DNA of 40,748 bases from a candidate division WWE3 bacterium RIFCSPLOWO2_01_FULL_39_13. Its GTDB lineage: Bacteria; Patescibacteriota; WWE3; 2-01-FULL-39-13. Position 1 is the stretch's first letter, and each line of letters starts with the position of its first letter. This document shows, one piece after another, positions 9,881 to 17,733 of this stretch. The position numbers and the translations under genes were made by a program. The stretch is from assembly GCA_001772665.1 (NCBI GenBank), contig MEVH01000014.1, positions 1 to 40,748 of the forward strand, read 5' to 3'. Below the pieces are notes generated by a model. The model saw nothing but the letters and a program-made list of their open reading frames with translations, did not search any database and was not told the DNA's origin.

Positions 9881-10519
9881 TTATATCTCATCAGCGTCAT
9901 TTTCGAATACGTCTGATATGGGATCAGAATCAGGATCAATATCCACATCTTCGTTCATATCTTTATATACCCCCTTAAAGGCTCTTATATGCGAAACGTA
10001 GTCATCGACTGTTCTAAGACCCTTATAGTCTGCCCATTCTGCATTCACGAAGATGTGTGATTTTGCAGAATCTTTTTGAAAACTTGCATCATTAACTATG
10101 GCGTTTGAAACAAACTCGTGAAGGTTTAGTACACCGACCCGCCCCCCTTTATTAACGTCGATTTTCTTCTGATAAAGACCGAACCCCTTTATTGCAATCC
10201 GTTCATCCGGACGAATATATAATAACCCCTTATTAATTAACTTTTTTTCTGCTCGATAAACTGTAGAAGCGGAGGCACTGTAAAAAGACGCCACTTCTCT
10301 GTTATTTAGGTCATAAGAGCCAAATATGGTGAAGTGGTCATGATCCCAGTCAGCAATTACTGTCAGCAGGAGGGAGTAGAGCAAGTATTCGCTTGAAGTT
10401 AGCTTCTTGTCACGTAAAAGGTGAAAAGTGTTGCGTGGGTACTTTGCATATCCGCTGCTTCTTGCCTGTATTAGGCGGTCAATTTCAAGTTGTTTGGCTG
10501 CCGGGCTTTTTCTTTTCAT
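9881..10519 (-). CDS. hypothetical protein, possible winged-helix DNA-binding protein
   Basis: 212-aa ORF with the segment ASTVYRAEKKLINKGLLYI (wHTH-like) and an acidic C-terminal tail. No family recognised. Confidence 0.5.
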   Translation of the reverse strand: MKRKSPAAKQLEIDRLIQARSSGYAKYPRNTFHLLRDKKLTSSEYLLYSLLLTVIADWDHDHFTIFGSYDLNNREVASFYSASASTVYRAEKKLINKGLLYIRPDERIAIKGFGLYQKKIDVNKGGRVGVLNLHEFVSNAIVNDASFQKDSAKSHIFVNAEWADYKGLRTVDDYVSHIRAFKGVYKDMNEDVDIDPDSDPISDVFENDADEI

Positions 10520-10694
10520 CTTGTATAGTCTTGTCTTTCCTGTTCAGAACTAAGTAAACGAAGTTGATCAATTCTTCGCCCTGCTCTTTGGTCTGTCCTA
10601 TATCAAGGGTCTTTCCGAAAACCTTCCCGTAGAGTTCTGAGAACTCTCTAAGAGCCTTTTCGCTTAAACTGATGGGTAGAGCAGTCTCGGCCAT
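10485..10694 (-). CDS. hypothetical small protein
   Basis: 69-aa ORF in the same orientation and overlapping its neighbours, consistent with operon packing. No motif recognised. Confidence 0.35.
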   Translation of the reverse strand: MAETALPISLSEKALREFSELYGKVFGKTLDIGQTKEQGEELINFVYLVLNRKDKTIQDEKKKPGSQTT

Positions 10695-10951
10695 TATCGA
10701 GTACCTCCTTTAGAAAAAATAAGGTCTCTCAATGACTTTTGGGCATTTACAAAAGACTTTGCGTTCACGTTTTTGGTAGTGGTTTCTGTCCAATAGGATT
10801 TCGAAAGTGTGCCGCAGGTAGATTTGTGATCTTCAAATACGAAGAAGAAATATCGGTCATCTCTTTCGAGTTCAAGAAGAGGTACTCCGGTTGCATAAAG
10901 AAAACTCGCCTCGAAAATGTCTTTCGTTTGATATATTTTGTCCCTATTCAT
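10694..10951 (-). CDS. hypothetical small protein (DUF5659-like from memory)
   Basis: 85-aa ORF. The pattern FEASFLYATGVPLLELERDDRYFFFVFED resembles small phage/MGE proteins of the DUF5659 type. This is a weak, memory-based assignment. Confidence 0.45.
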   Translation of the reverse strand: MNRDKIYQTKDIFEASFLYATGVPLLELERDDRYFFFVFEDHKSTCGTLSKSYWTETTTKNVNAKSFVNAQKSLRDLIFSKGGTR

Positions 10952-11065
10952 ATCTAAATCGTTTGCATAATCAGTCCTATGCCTCGGTTGGATTGAATAT
11001 AAAGCTGTTCAGTTATTCCGTCGGTAATTTCTTAATGGTCTGATAAACCTTTACTATGCCACCCA

Positions 11066-11165
11066 AAGCCCCCAACTTCAGTCTGGGGATGAAAAGGCGG
11101 TCGCCAAAGGCAACCTCGCGAAGCGTAGGCATAGGAAGCCGCCAACTTTAGTTGGCGGTATTCAC
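11066..11165 (+). repeat. IS200/IS605-like hairpin mini-element (PATE-like), copy 1
   Basis: An imperfect hairpin CCCCCAAC-TTCA-GTCTGGGG followed by GATGAAAAGGCGGT resembles the left end upstream of tnpA at 40338-40372 (CCTCCAGC-TTCA-GCTGGAGG GATGGATAGGCGGT). A second hairpin GCCGCCAAC-TTTA-GTTGGCGGT lies at 11138-11159. Confidence 0.45.
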
Positions 11166-11893
11166 TAAGGAGTGAGAAGTTGTTTATAGCTTTCGATTGC
11201 TTGGTACACGCCTTGTTTTGTTATGTATTTATACTTCTTGGAAATTCCTGTATGGCCCATACCATGTTTCCACAGCCAGTACCACTCTCTATCACGCCTG
11301 ATGTTTCCTCTTGTGTCAAAGATCTTGAACTTACCTTTTAGAACAAGTTGTATATATTCCTTGGTTATTTTTGGGATTTGCTCGTAGTAGACCTTTTCGA
11401 CATCCTTGAGGGTGGTGCCTGGGTATAAAACAATAGACATCTCTGGTTTTGTTGAGCGGTTCCATTCGAGTGTTAAGTTCGCATGTGCTAATGGTAATGG
11501 TATCGCTGAACTGTGTTTATTGCAAAGTACAGCATTCATTATAGGTATCCAAAAATAAGGGGGTTTTTGGTACTTTGAACATAAATCATTTATGGTTTTA
11601 GTGAATTTAGTTTCTGGTCTAGAGTAGACTTTTCCGCCTGAATCTAAATTGTCGAAACTATTATTTGGAAATGTCACACCAAAAGCTTTACCTATTTCTT
11701 TACTGATCCACTTAGATCTGTCGTTTAGACTAATAGGTGACTTTAACCCTAGCTCCGCTCTAAATTTAACAACATCGAGGATGAAGTCTTCTCTGTCGAA
11801 TAGTGCAGCTAAGTTGGTATACAGCCAATCGTTATCAATTTTAATGCCGATTGGCAATTTGATTTTGTCTTGTTTTGTTTCCATGTTAAGCAA
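11165..11893 (-). CDS. hypothetical protein
   Basis: 242-aa ORF. The C-terminal RDREWYWLWKHGMGHTGISKKY segment may be HTH-like. No family recognised. Confidence 0.5.
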   Translation of the reverse strand: MLNMETKQDKIKLPIGIKIDNDWLYTNLAALFDREDFILDVVKFRAELGLKSPISLNDRSKWISKEIGKAFGVTFPNNSFDNLDSGGKVYSRPETKFTKTINDLCSKYQKPPYFWIPIMNAVLCNKHSSAIPLPLAHANLTLEWNRSTKPEMSIVLYPGTTLKDVEKVYYEQIPKITKEYIQLVLKGKFKIFDTRGNIRRDREWYWLWKHGMGHTGISKKYKYITKQGVYQAIESYKQLLTP

Positions 11894-11904
11894 AAATGAC
11901 CATT

Positions 11905-12354
11905 TTAGCTTTCGGTGATTTTCTGTTCCTTGTATTCACTATTAGCTATGAAAACATGGTCTTTAAGCCTGAGGGAACTATCAGGGATTACATAAGTAAT
12001 GCCCGTGATTCTGTCTTCATGTGTATTTACATCCAGTATCTGTTTTGTAGAAAATTCATCTTTCTTTTTTCTTTCTAAGTATTTGAATGCCAGGCTCGGA
12101 TCAGTCTTGATAGCCTTAATGACTGTTTGTCTGGCCAGTAAGACAGGCTTCATTTTTAATTGCTGTTTTTCCTCGGAATATGCAGGATTTTTCTTCTGGT
12201 ATGCATATAGAGTATCTGGATGAATATCCGCATACAAACAGGCTTCCTCGTCCGTACAGCCCAGCAGAAATGCCTCTCTTAATTTTCCGAGTATTTGCTT
12301 TGTTATTACCGTAGGTCTTCCTGCCATAGGTTCATTATAACTATAGGGATACAA
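11905..12354 (-). CDS. HTH DNA-binding protein (small-terminase-like N-terminal domain)
   Basis: 149-aa ORF. GRPTVITKQILGKLREAFLLGCTDEEACLYADIHPDTLY resembles the HTH N-domain of phage small terminase or MGE DNA-binding proteins. Confidence 0.45.
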   Translation of the reverse strand: MYPYSYNEPMAGRPTVITKQILGKLREAFLLGCTDEEACLYADIHPDTLYAYQKKNPAYSEEKQQLKMKPVLLARQTVIKAIKTDPSLAFKYLERKKKDEFSTKQILDVNTHEDRITGITYVIPDSSLRLKDHVFIANSEYKEQKITES

Positions 12355-12450
12355 ATATGGTAAATTGTTGTGAATATAACTGAATAATCAGTCGCCTGAA
12401 CCCGGGGAACCATCTTTGGGCGTGCCGTAAAAACCGATATGTACAAAAAA

Positions 12451-12512
12451 GTGAATACCGCCAACAGAAGTTGGCGGATTCCTTTGCAGCCTCTGACTGA
12501 AGTTTGAGACCT
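12451..12512 (-). repeat. IS200/IS605-like hairpin mini-element, copy 2 (inverted, shorter)
   Basis: GTGAATACCGCCAAC-AGAA-GTTGGCGG is the inverted counterpart of 11138-11165. A degenerate copy of the first hairpin lies at 12490-12511. Confidence 0.4.
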
Positions 12513-12594
12513 TAAACGGTATAGTATTATTCTGCATAAGAAAAAGACACCGAATCTACTTATAAGTTAATACTCCACCAGCACGGCCTATAGT

Positions 12595-12623
12595 TTGACT
12601 TTTGATGATAAAAATACTATAAT
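12595..12623 (+). promoter_or_regulatory. near-consensus sigma-70 promoter
   Basis: TTGACT (12595-12600), a 17-nt spacer, then TATAAT (12618-12623). A second candidate is TTGAGT 12785-12790, an 18-nt spacer, then TATAAT 12809-12814. Confidence 0.4.
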
Positions 12624-13043
12624 CCCCCCATTATCGCAACATATTCAATTGCTGAATACATCGTTACATATTGCACTTTTATATATGTATAGGACTACCG
12701 ATAAAAAGCAGACTAATTTTGCTCTTAAAGGTTCTATCTGTACAAAGACAAAAATAGAGGCGTTTATCTCTAGCGCAGGTTCTATTGAGTCTTACACCTG
12801 TCAAATCTTATAATTTCCCCTTTGAAAACTAAATACTTACTTGCCTGCATTAAGCTAAATAAATTGGCTTGATGGAGGAAAGTAAACTCCTTAGAAACCC
12901 ATAATTGCTATGGAATTTCTAAGCACATTAACATCGGGTCTAGCGCTCCTTAAGTATCATCCGTGCCGTTGAGTTAATCAATTAAGTTAGTCGAAGGATA
13001 AGTGATTAATTCACCGGCGCGGAAGAGAATAAGGAGAAATAAG

Positions 13044-13832
13044 ATGAAAAAGTTTGTGTTTGTGGCGATGTTTGCCACAATTTTGTTCGCTCTCGTACTG
13101 GGAGGAGCGGACGCAGGAGGAGGAATTTCGCCAGCTATTGTGGCGGAATTCGCCGGAACACCTCAGTACTGGGCTCCGGAGATATTTAATTCCGGGACGA
13201 TGACACTCACGCTGAAGCTTGGTGATGCTGGCTTTGACCAGTTGGATAGTGGACAGATGACTATCCGGTCTAGGACAAGTGGCGTTTTCAAGTTGCGTAA
13301 TGCGTGGGTGTGCGATGGGAAAACATGCCTCTGGGTCATGTACCTCCCACAGAGTACAGATGAACTGTGGATCGAAACGCCAGTGCAAGTTGACTGGACA
13401 GGCTTCGGCGCGTGGAAGGTACGAAGTGCCCAGGACGGGTTGTACAAATCCGAAGATGCCACGCAGATCTTGTTGCGGGTCAGCCCCCCTGTCTACCGTG
13501 ACTGGGGTGGTCAGTTCAATCCAACCTGGGATTGGGCGTTAGTTGCGGAACCACAGTGGGCTGCGGCTCAATGGCTCTGGTGGGATCAGGTACGCGTGGA
13601 GATTCGTACGACTTGCAGTGGGCATGGAGATAACCATCAAGGGTTATTTAAGTGGATCGGGGTTCCACCCTGGGGCAAATTCGGTAACGGGGTTTACCGT
13701 AATTGGCTCCATGAGCCTCTTGAGCAAGTAGACTGGTACATAGATCACCCCGGAGGTTGGTCCATGATAGGTACCACGTATGGTCCAACCTGTTGGGGGG
13801 GAATCACCTACCTGCCTTTAGCCTCACGCTAG
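13044..13832 (+). CDS. secreted Trp-rich protein of unknown function, GC-rich foreign gene
   Basis: ATG 13044 lies 6 nt after AAGGAGA (13031-13037). The N-terminus MKKFVFVAMFATILFALVLGGADA is signal-peptide-like. There are 19 Trp in 262 aa. A hand count of 13441-13500 gives 34/60 G+C. The ORF-track start at 13002 is an upstream in-frame extension. Confidence 0.7.
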   Translation: MKKFVFVAMFATILFALVLGGADAGGGISPAIVAEFAGTPQYWAPEIFNSGTMTLTLKLGDAGFDQLDSGQMTIRSRTSGVFKLRNAWVCDGKTCLWVMYLPQSTDELWIETPVQVDWTGFGAWKVRSAQDGLYKSEDATQILLRVSPPVYRDWGGQFNPTWDWALVAEPQWAAAQWLWWDQVRVEIRTTCSGHGDNHQGLFKWIGVPPWGKFGNGVYRNWLHEPLEQVDWYIDHPGGWSMIGTTYGPTCWGGITYLPLASR

Positions 13833-13843
13833 TCCCGAAACCT

Positions 13844-13924
13844 GGGAGGGTTAGAACAGTCGTTTGCGCTGTGCGCATCTGCCCGCGCTAAAATGCGCCA
13901 GCAACGACTTGTTCTTTCCCTCCC
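13844..13924. other. long imperfect GC-rich inverted repeat
   Basis: GGGAGGGTTAGAACAGTCGTT (13844-13864) pairs with AACGACTTGTTCTTTCCCTCCC (13903-13924). The loop contains smaller GCGC palindromes. Confidence 0.5.
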
Positions 13925-13966
13925 GCAGTTCCTTTTTATCTTAGAACTGCTTAGGATTTTTTCTTT
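13925..13966 (+). terminator. stem-loop plus T-run
   Basis: GCAGTTC (13925-13931) pairs with GAACTGC (13944-13950) and is followed by TTAGGATTTTTTCTTT. Confidence 0.45.
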
Positions 13967-14311
13967 ATATTCTTCAATCTCAGCCCTCACGCTATACACA
14001 TTCAAAACACTTCAGGCTTATTTCACTTACTTATTGTCTTTGACCTCCAAAAAGATAATCTGCCATTTTTTGGTTCGTGGACTCAGGAGAAAAGTTTGAT
14101 ATGGCGACTTTTTTTACTCTTTCCGAAACAGCAGCTCTTGCGTCAGGACTTAATCCCATAAAGGTTGTTATGTGCTGGCTTAATTTGACAAAATCTTCGT
14201 ATGGCATTGGTACGTTGGGATTATCCACAAGGTAACAATCTTGTTAAAAGTATGGTATGAGTTCAGCTGATCCTCGAGCATTAAAGCCTATTACTGGTAA
14301 ACCATGCGCTG
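13953..14311. repeat. 359-bp direct repeat R1 (partner 34293-34651)
   Basis: Gapless alignment at a constant offset of 20340 nt, roughly 85-90% identical by eye. The last ~150 nt are nearly identical. Confidence 0.85.
14031..14311 (-). pseudogene. glycosyltransferase 3'-end remnant
   Basis: Encodes ...VDNPNVPMPYEDFVKLSQHITTFMGLSPDARAAVSERVKKVAISNFSPESTNQKMADYLFGGQRQ, matching the C-terminus of the GT at 34371-35696. A premature stop is present (LIPYF*QDCYLV) and homology ends abruptly at 14311. Confidence 0.85.
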
Positions 14312-14393
14312 TAGGGTATAATCCATCAGATGAAGAAGTTTAGAAGTCAGTAGAATTTCAAGAAAAGGGGTTCAACCACGAAATTATAAAATA

Positions 14394-14732
14394 ATGGATA
14401 AAAAAGTATTTAATTATAGCGAGCTATTAACATTTCCGCCTGATTCAACAATAGGATCAGCCACAACCTCACCTTTAAGTAAAATCAACGGACCTCATAT
14501 ATTCTATGCTTATCAAGGAAACCCCACGTACACGTCACTTTCTAGTGTTGTGATGGGAACAGTTGTTGGGTGTAGAAATGGAAGCGACACTATACCCTAC
14601 AAATTTGATGCATGGCGAATTATATCTACAGGAACAGCTTCGCTTGTTCGTTATAAAGAAATTAAGAAAAATGATATACCTTATCACCACACCAACGAAA
14701 TACCAGAATGGAAAAATAAAAAACTACTATAA
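14394..14732 (+). CDS. hypothetical protein
   Basis: 112-aa ORF. No motif recognised. Confidence 0.4.
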   Translation: MDKKVFNYSELLTFPPDSTIGSATTSPLSKINGPHIFYAYQGNPTYTSLSSVVMGTVVGCRNGSDTIPYKFDAWRIISTGTASLVRYKEIKKNDIPYHHTNEIPEWKNKKLL

Positions 14733-15074
14733 GTCCACAAAACACCTTCTAACATCCTCTGCTATGTAGAGCCAGATAGAACAGGAAGCACATTCGAGTA
14801 TAGTATCGAAGGGACTTTTCAAGTCGTAGCGTATCTTTTCGCCATCCAGCGTACAATTCGAAAGTACAAGACTCAGAAGTTCCTTCTTTTGCTCAGGTTT
14901 CGAACTTTCAAACAGCTCGCTTGCCCGTGATGCGAGAGAAAGTATTGTGTTTGCAGTCACATAGTAGTCATCTTCAGCTTTGCTTAACTTTTCCAGTTGC
15001 TTAACAGCCTTATTCTTTGCACTCGTGTATCTTTCGTATCTTTTGTCGTATACATCGATAGTAATTCCCCGCAT
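14727..15074 (-). pseudogene. large serine recombinase, C-terminal fragment only
   Basis: 115 aa align to the C-terminal quarter of the 25302-26792 recombinase (ILSLASRASELFESSKPEQKKELL...WLYIAEDVRRCFVDL). No catalytic domain lies upstream. Confidence 0.75.
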
Positions 15075-15258
15075 GGTTTATAGGAGCCGGTAAGCCTGAC
15101 AACAGAAAAACACCTCACTGGAAGGTATATGGCGTAATCGCCACATTTATTTGGGTTTTGCTATTAGTTTTAGCAAATACAATTTTGTAGATGATTCTTG
15201 CGAAAAGAACTTAAAAATGCAACATGAAAAATATGTAAATCACCAGTTTTAATTTATA

Positions 15259-15792
15259 ATGGGTTTTATGAAAGTTAAATACGTAAAAGACTTCGAGTAT
15301 GACGCTTTTATGATATGGATTATGTTGAGCGATGATGATCCTTCTGGTGTTAAAAACCGTGCCAAGAGCATGGGGATCAGTAAGACCGAATTGAAGCGAA
15401 TTTATGGAGTGGAAGATTATCAAGATGCAAAAGGTTATGTTGAAAATCTTGCCAAGAAAAAATATTCAAAATGTGAAGAGGACATAGACCGCGTTATTCC
15501 TCTATACCAGAAAGAATGGGATAAGATTAACGACACCTTTTCTAGCGAGGTCGAAAAGGTAACCGGCAGAAAATGGAAATACAACATTTACAAGGTAGTG
15601 GTCGGCCCGTTCCATCCCGGGATAAGTACTCAGGAGGGGGATACTGTAGTGAGAAGTGCTTTTGAAGATTCAGAAGGACAAAAAAGAATAACAGCGCATG
15701 AAATACTCATGTCCCACATCTGGTGCATATTCTTTGAGAAATTATCCACAGCTCAAACCATTAATGAGCAAATTAAAAGGTATTTATCTTAA
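15259..15792 (+). CDS. hypothetical protein
   Basis: 177-aa ORF. No motif recognised. Confidence 0.45.
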   Translation: MGFMKVKYVKDFEYDAFMIWIMLSDDDPSGVKNRAKSMGISKTELKRIYGVEDYQDAKGYVENLAKKKYSKCEEDIDRVIPLYQKEWDKINDTFSSEVEKVTGRKWKYNIYKVVVGPFHPGISTQEGDTVVRSAFEDSEGQKRITAHEILMSHIWCIFFEKLSTAQTINEQIKRYLS

Positions 15793-15980
15793 AGAAACAG
15801 ATTTCAACGAGTATTTATCAAATAGCATGGTGGTGCTAAATAGTAAAGAGTATTCAAATAAAAGCCTTGCATAAAAGTGTAGCCACCACTACATTTATTT
15901 CTGATTCTACATGCTTGCGCTTGATGAAGCCGAAAATGTTTAGGGACTTGTATTTTAGTCTATTTTCTGGGATTTCCTAA

Positions 15981-16355
15981 TTAAGTGTTGTCTTTAGATT
16001 TTATTGTGGAGTTCTCTTCGAGATCTGTTATTAGTTGAGATAGTCTATCGGTTTCTTCCAGACGAGACCTTGGATTTGTTTGAGAGTCTGGATTGGGTAT
16101 TTCTAGTTTTGGAGCTAAATCAAGAATATTCTCTAATTCCGTACGGGTTTCCATATTGTCGATAGCTAGTAGTGACGTCACATAGTATGGATACATCATA
16201 TATCCAATTGTTCCTGCTTCGTATTGGTCTCTTAAGAAGGTTAAATAATCAATGATTGCGTTCCGTTGCTTCTCGGGTTCTGGGTCTAAAATCGCGTTCC
16301 ACTTTTCGGATAGTACTTCGTCTAGTTTTTTTAGGTTTAAGATTTCTTTCATCAT
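15981..16355 (-). CDS. hypothetical protein
   Basis: 124-aa ORF. No motif recognised. Confidence 0.45.
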   Translation of the reverse strand: MMKEILNLKKLDEVLSEKWNAILDPEPEKQRNAIIDYLTFLRDQYEAGTIGYMMYPYYVTSLLAIDNMETRTELENILDLAPKLEIPNPDSQTNPRSRLEETDRLSQLITDLEENSTIKSKDNT

Positions 16356-16647
16356 GGGTATTGTATAATAAATTACGATTTGATAAAGAGGCCAAATGCA
16401 GTGTGGTCTCCAGGGTGGTATGTGATTGATGAAGCATGCAAAAATAAAAGTTTCATAACACGGCAGGTTTTTTACGTGTTCTGTTATGAGGTTTTTATAC
16501 TCTCGATCAGGGCATATTAGACAATCCTCCGAAATAGTAGCGAATAGCTACACCTTAGCCCTGAATGAGTAAAAAAAGCCTCTGTGCCAAGCAGTTTCCT
16601 ACTGATAGTAGACGAACTGCTTGTCCGTCTCCTAAGATTGATGTGTA

Positions 16648-17370
16648 GTGTCGTTCACGCAAAAGATTATGGATAAAAAATACTTAAGAAAAATACGACA
16701 ATTAGGACTAACAGGAGAGCAGGTGCGCCATGCCTTTGTTGATGGTATACAGACTATGGTTGAAACCCGGGAAAAGATGGGATCTGACTGGAAATTAGGT
16801 CACGACAGGTACAGTATTGTGGACTTGGAGCGTCTTATTCCAGAAAGTCATAGGGTATTCAAGGATAGATCCGTATTTATTTTTGATGCAAAGTATGGAT
16901 ATTGTGTTACTAAAAAAGACTCTAAAGGGATTATGCGTATATATCTGGATTTCCCGTATAGGGATAAGTTTGATGCCGGAGAAGCCAGTTATTTAATCCA
17001 CGAGATCGGTCATTACATAACAAAAAATAGATCAAAGAAGACTAAATATGAGCGTGAATTGGAGGCAATAAAATTACAACTTAAATTTGACAATCAGGTT
17101 AAGAACAAAGATTCCCGTAATTATTTACGTTCACTGGATTTTGCGGAATATGTTCTGGGGTTTTATGAGTTTTATACGAAATGGCTAGGTCTTGAGCCTA
17201 TTACAGTGACGACTATTGTTAATGCGATTTTAAAGTTTGCGTATGAAGACATCGGAAAAATATACAAGGACGAAACACCGCTTGAGCTTGGATGGTACAC
17301 GGTTTACGGAGTCTGCCTAGCTGAATTATTGTTGAATAATACACGTTGTAAACCTATCCCAAAACTCTAA
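16648..17370 (+). CDS. hypothetical protein with HExxH zinc-metallopeptidase motif
   Basis: 240-aa ORF containing SYLIHEIGHYI (HExxH). The track start is GTG; an in-frame ATG at 16669 is an alternative. Confidence 0.5.
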   Translation: MSFTQKIMDKKYLRKIRQLGLTGEQVRHAFVDGIQTMVETREKMGSDWKLGHDRYSIVDLERLIPESHRVFKDRSVFIFDAKYGYCVTKKDSKGIMRIYLDFPYRDKFDAGEASYLIHEIGHYITKNRSKKTKYERELEAIKLQLKFDNQVKNKDSRNYLRSLDFAEYVLGFYEFYTKWLGLEPITVTTIVNAILKFAYEDIGKIYKDETPLELGWYTVYGVCLAELLLNNTRCKPIPKL

Positions 17371-17537
17371 GATGAATCGGTATTATTATGATTAAAGCCA
17401 AATCGTCAAAATTTTATGGTTTGCTAACTTGTATTTCCACCCTTTTTAACTTTTGAAAACGGGCTCCGCCCTCTTGCGGTTACGATGGTGTGGGCAACTG
17501 TCCTTACGATAGTTTCCGCATTAAATGTACATGGTTG

Positions 17538-17565
17538 TTGTAGTTTTGCGATTTTATCCTATAAT
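17538..17565 (+). promoter_or_regulatory. promoter of Cys-rich peptide gene, copy A
   Basis: TTGTAG (17538-17543), a 16-nt spacer, then TATAAT (17560-17565). The -10 box and downstream leader are conserved with copy B (34078-34083). Confidence 0.45.
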
Positions 17566-17599
17566 ATAGCGTAATCCTAAGGAAAGGAGGTAAAGGCAA

Positions 17600-17707
17600 A
17601 TGAGAATGCGCAAGCTCTGGCAGCGCGTCCGAGTCTGGGTGCATCGAGCCATTTGCGGTCGTTGCAAACGCGACGACCACTGTGGACACTGTCCCTGCTG
17701 TCGTTGA
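17600..17707 (+). CDS. 35-aa cysteine-rich peptide (copy A)
   Basis: GGAGG (17586-17590) lies 9 nt before the ATG. The peptide is MRMRKLWQRVRVWVHRAICGRCKRDDHCGHCPCCR*. All 6 nucleotide differences from copy B in the last 19 codons are synonymous. Confidence 0.7.
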   Translation: MRMRKLWQRVRVWVHRAICGRCKRDDHCGHCPCCR

Positions 17708-17733
17708 CAGCGGAGGTAAGTGGTTCACACTGG

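Larger units (their letters stand above)
8108..12512. mobile_element. integrated element at tRNA-Asn (left end at the tRNA; right boundary unresolved)
   Basis: The integrase abuts and overlaps the tRNA 3' end and is followed by small MGE-type ORFs and hairpin mini-elements. No second copy of the tRNA 3' end was found by eye, so the right limit is a guess. Confidence 0.4.

Noticed and set aside
12595-12813. 72-aa plus-strand ORF in the 12.4-13.0 kb spacer
   Set aside because: It starts with TTG inside the putative -35 box, has no SD and has a low-complexity AT-driven composition. It is most likely non-coding.
13011-13542. Several 87-125-aa ORFs overlapping or antisense to the Trp-rich protein gene (13011-13388, 13163-13462, 13279-13542, 13543-13731)
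   Set aside because: These are typical spurious open frames in a GC-rich segment. Only the 13044-13832 frame has an SD, a signal peptide and full-length coverage.
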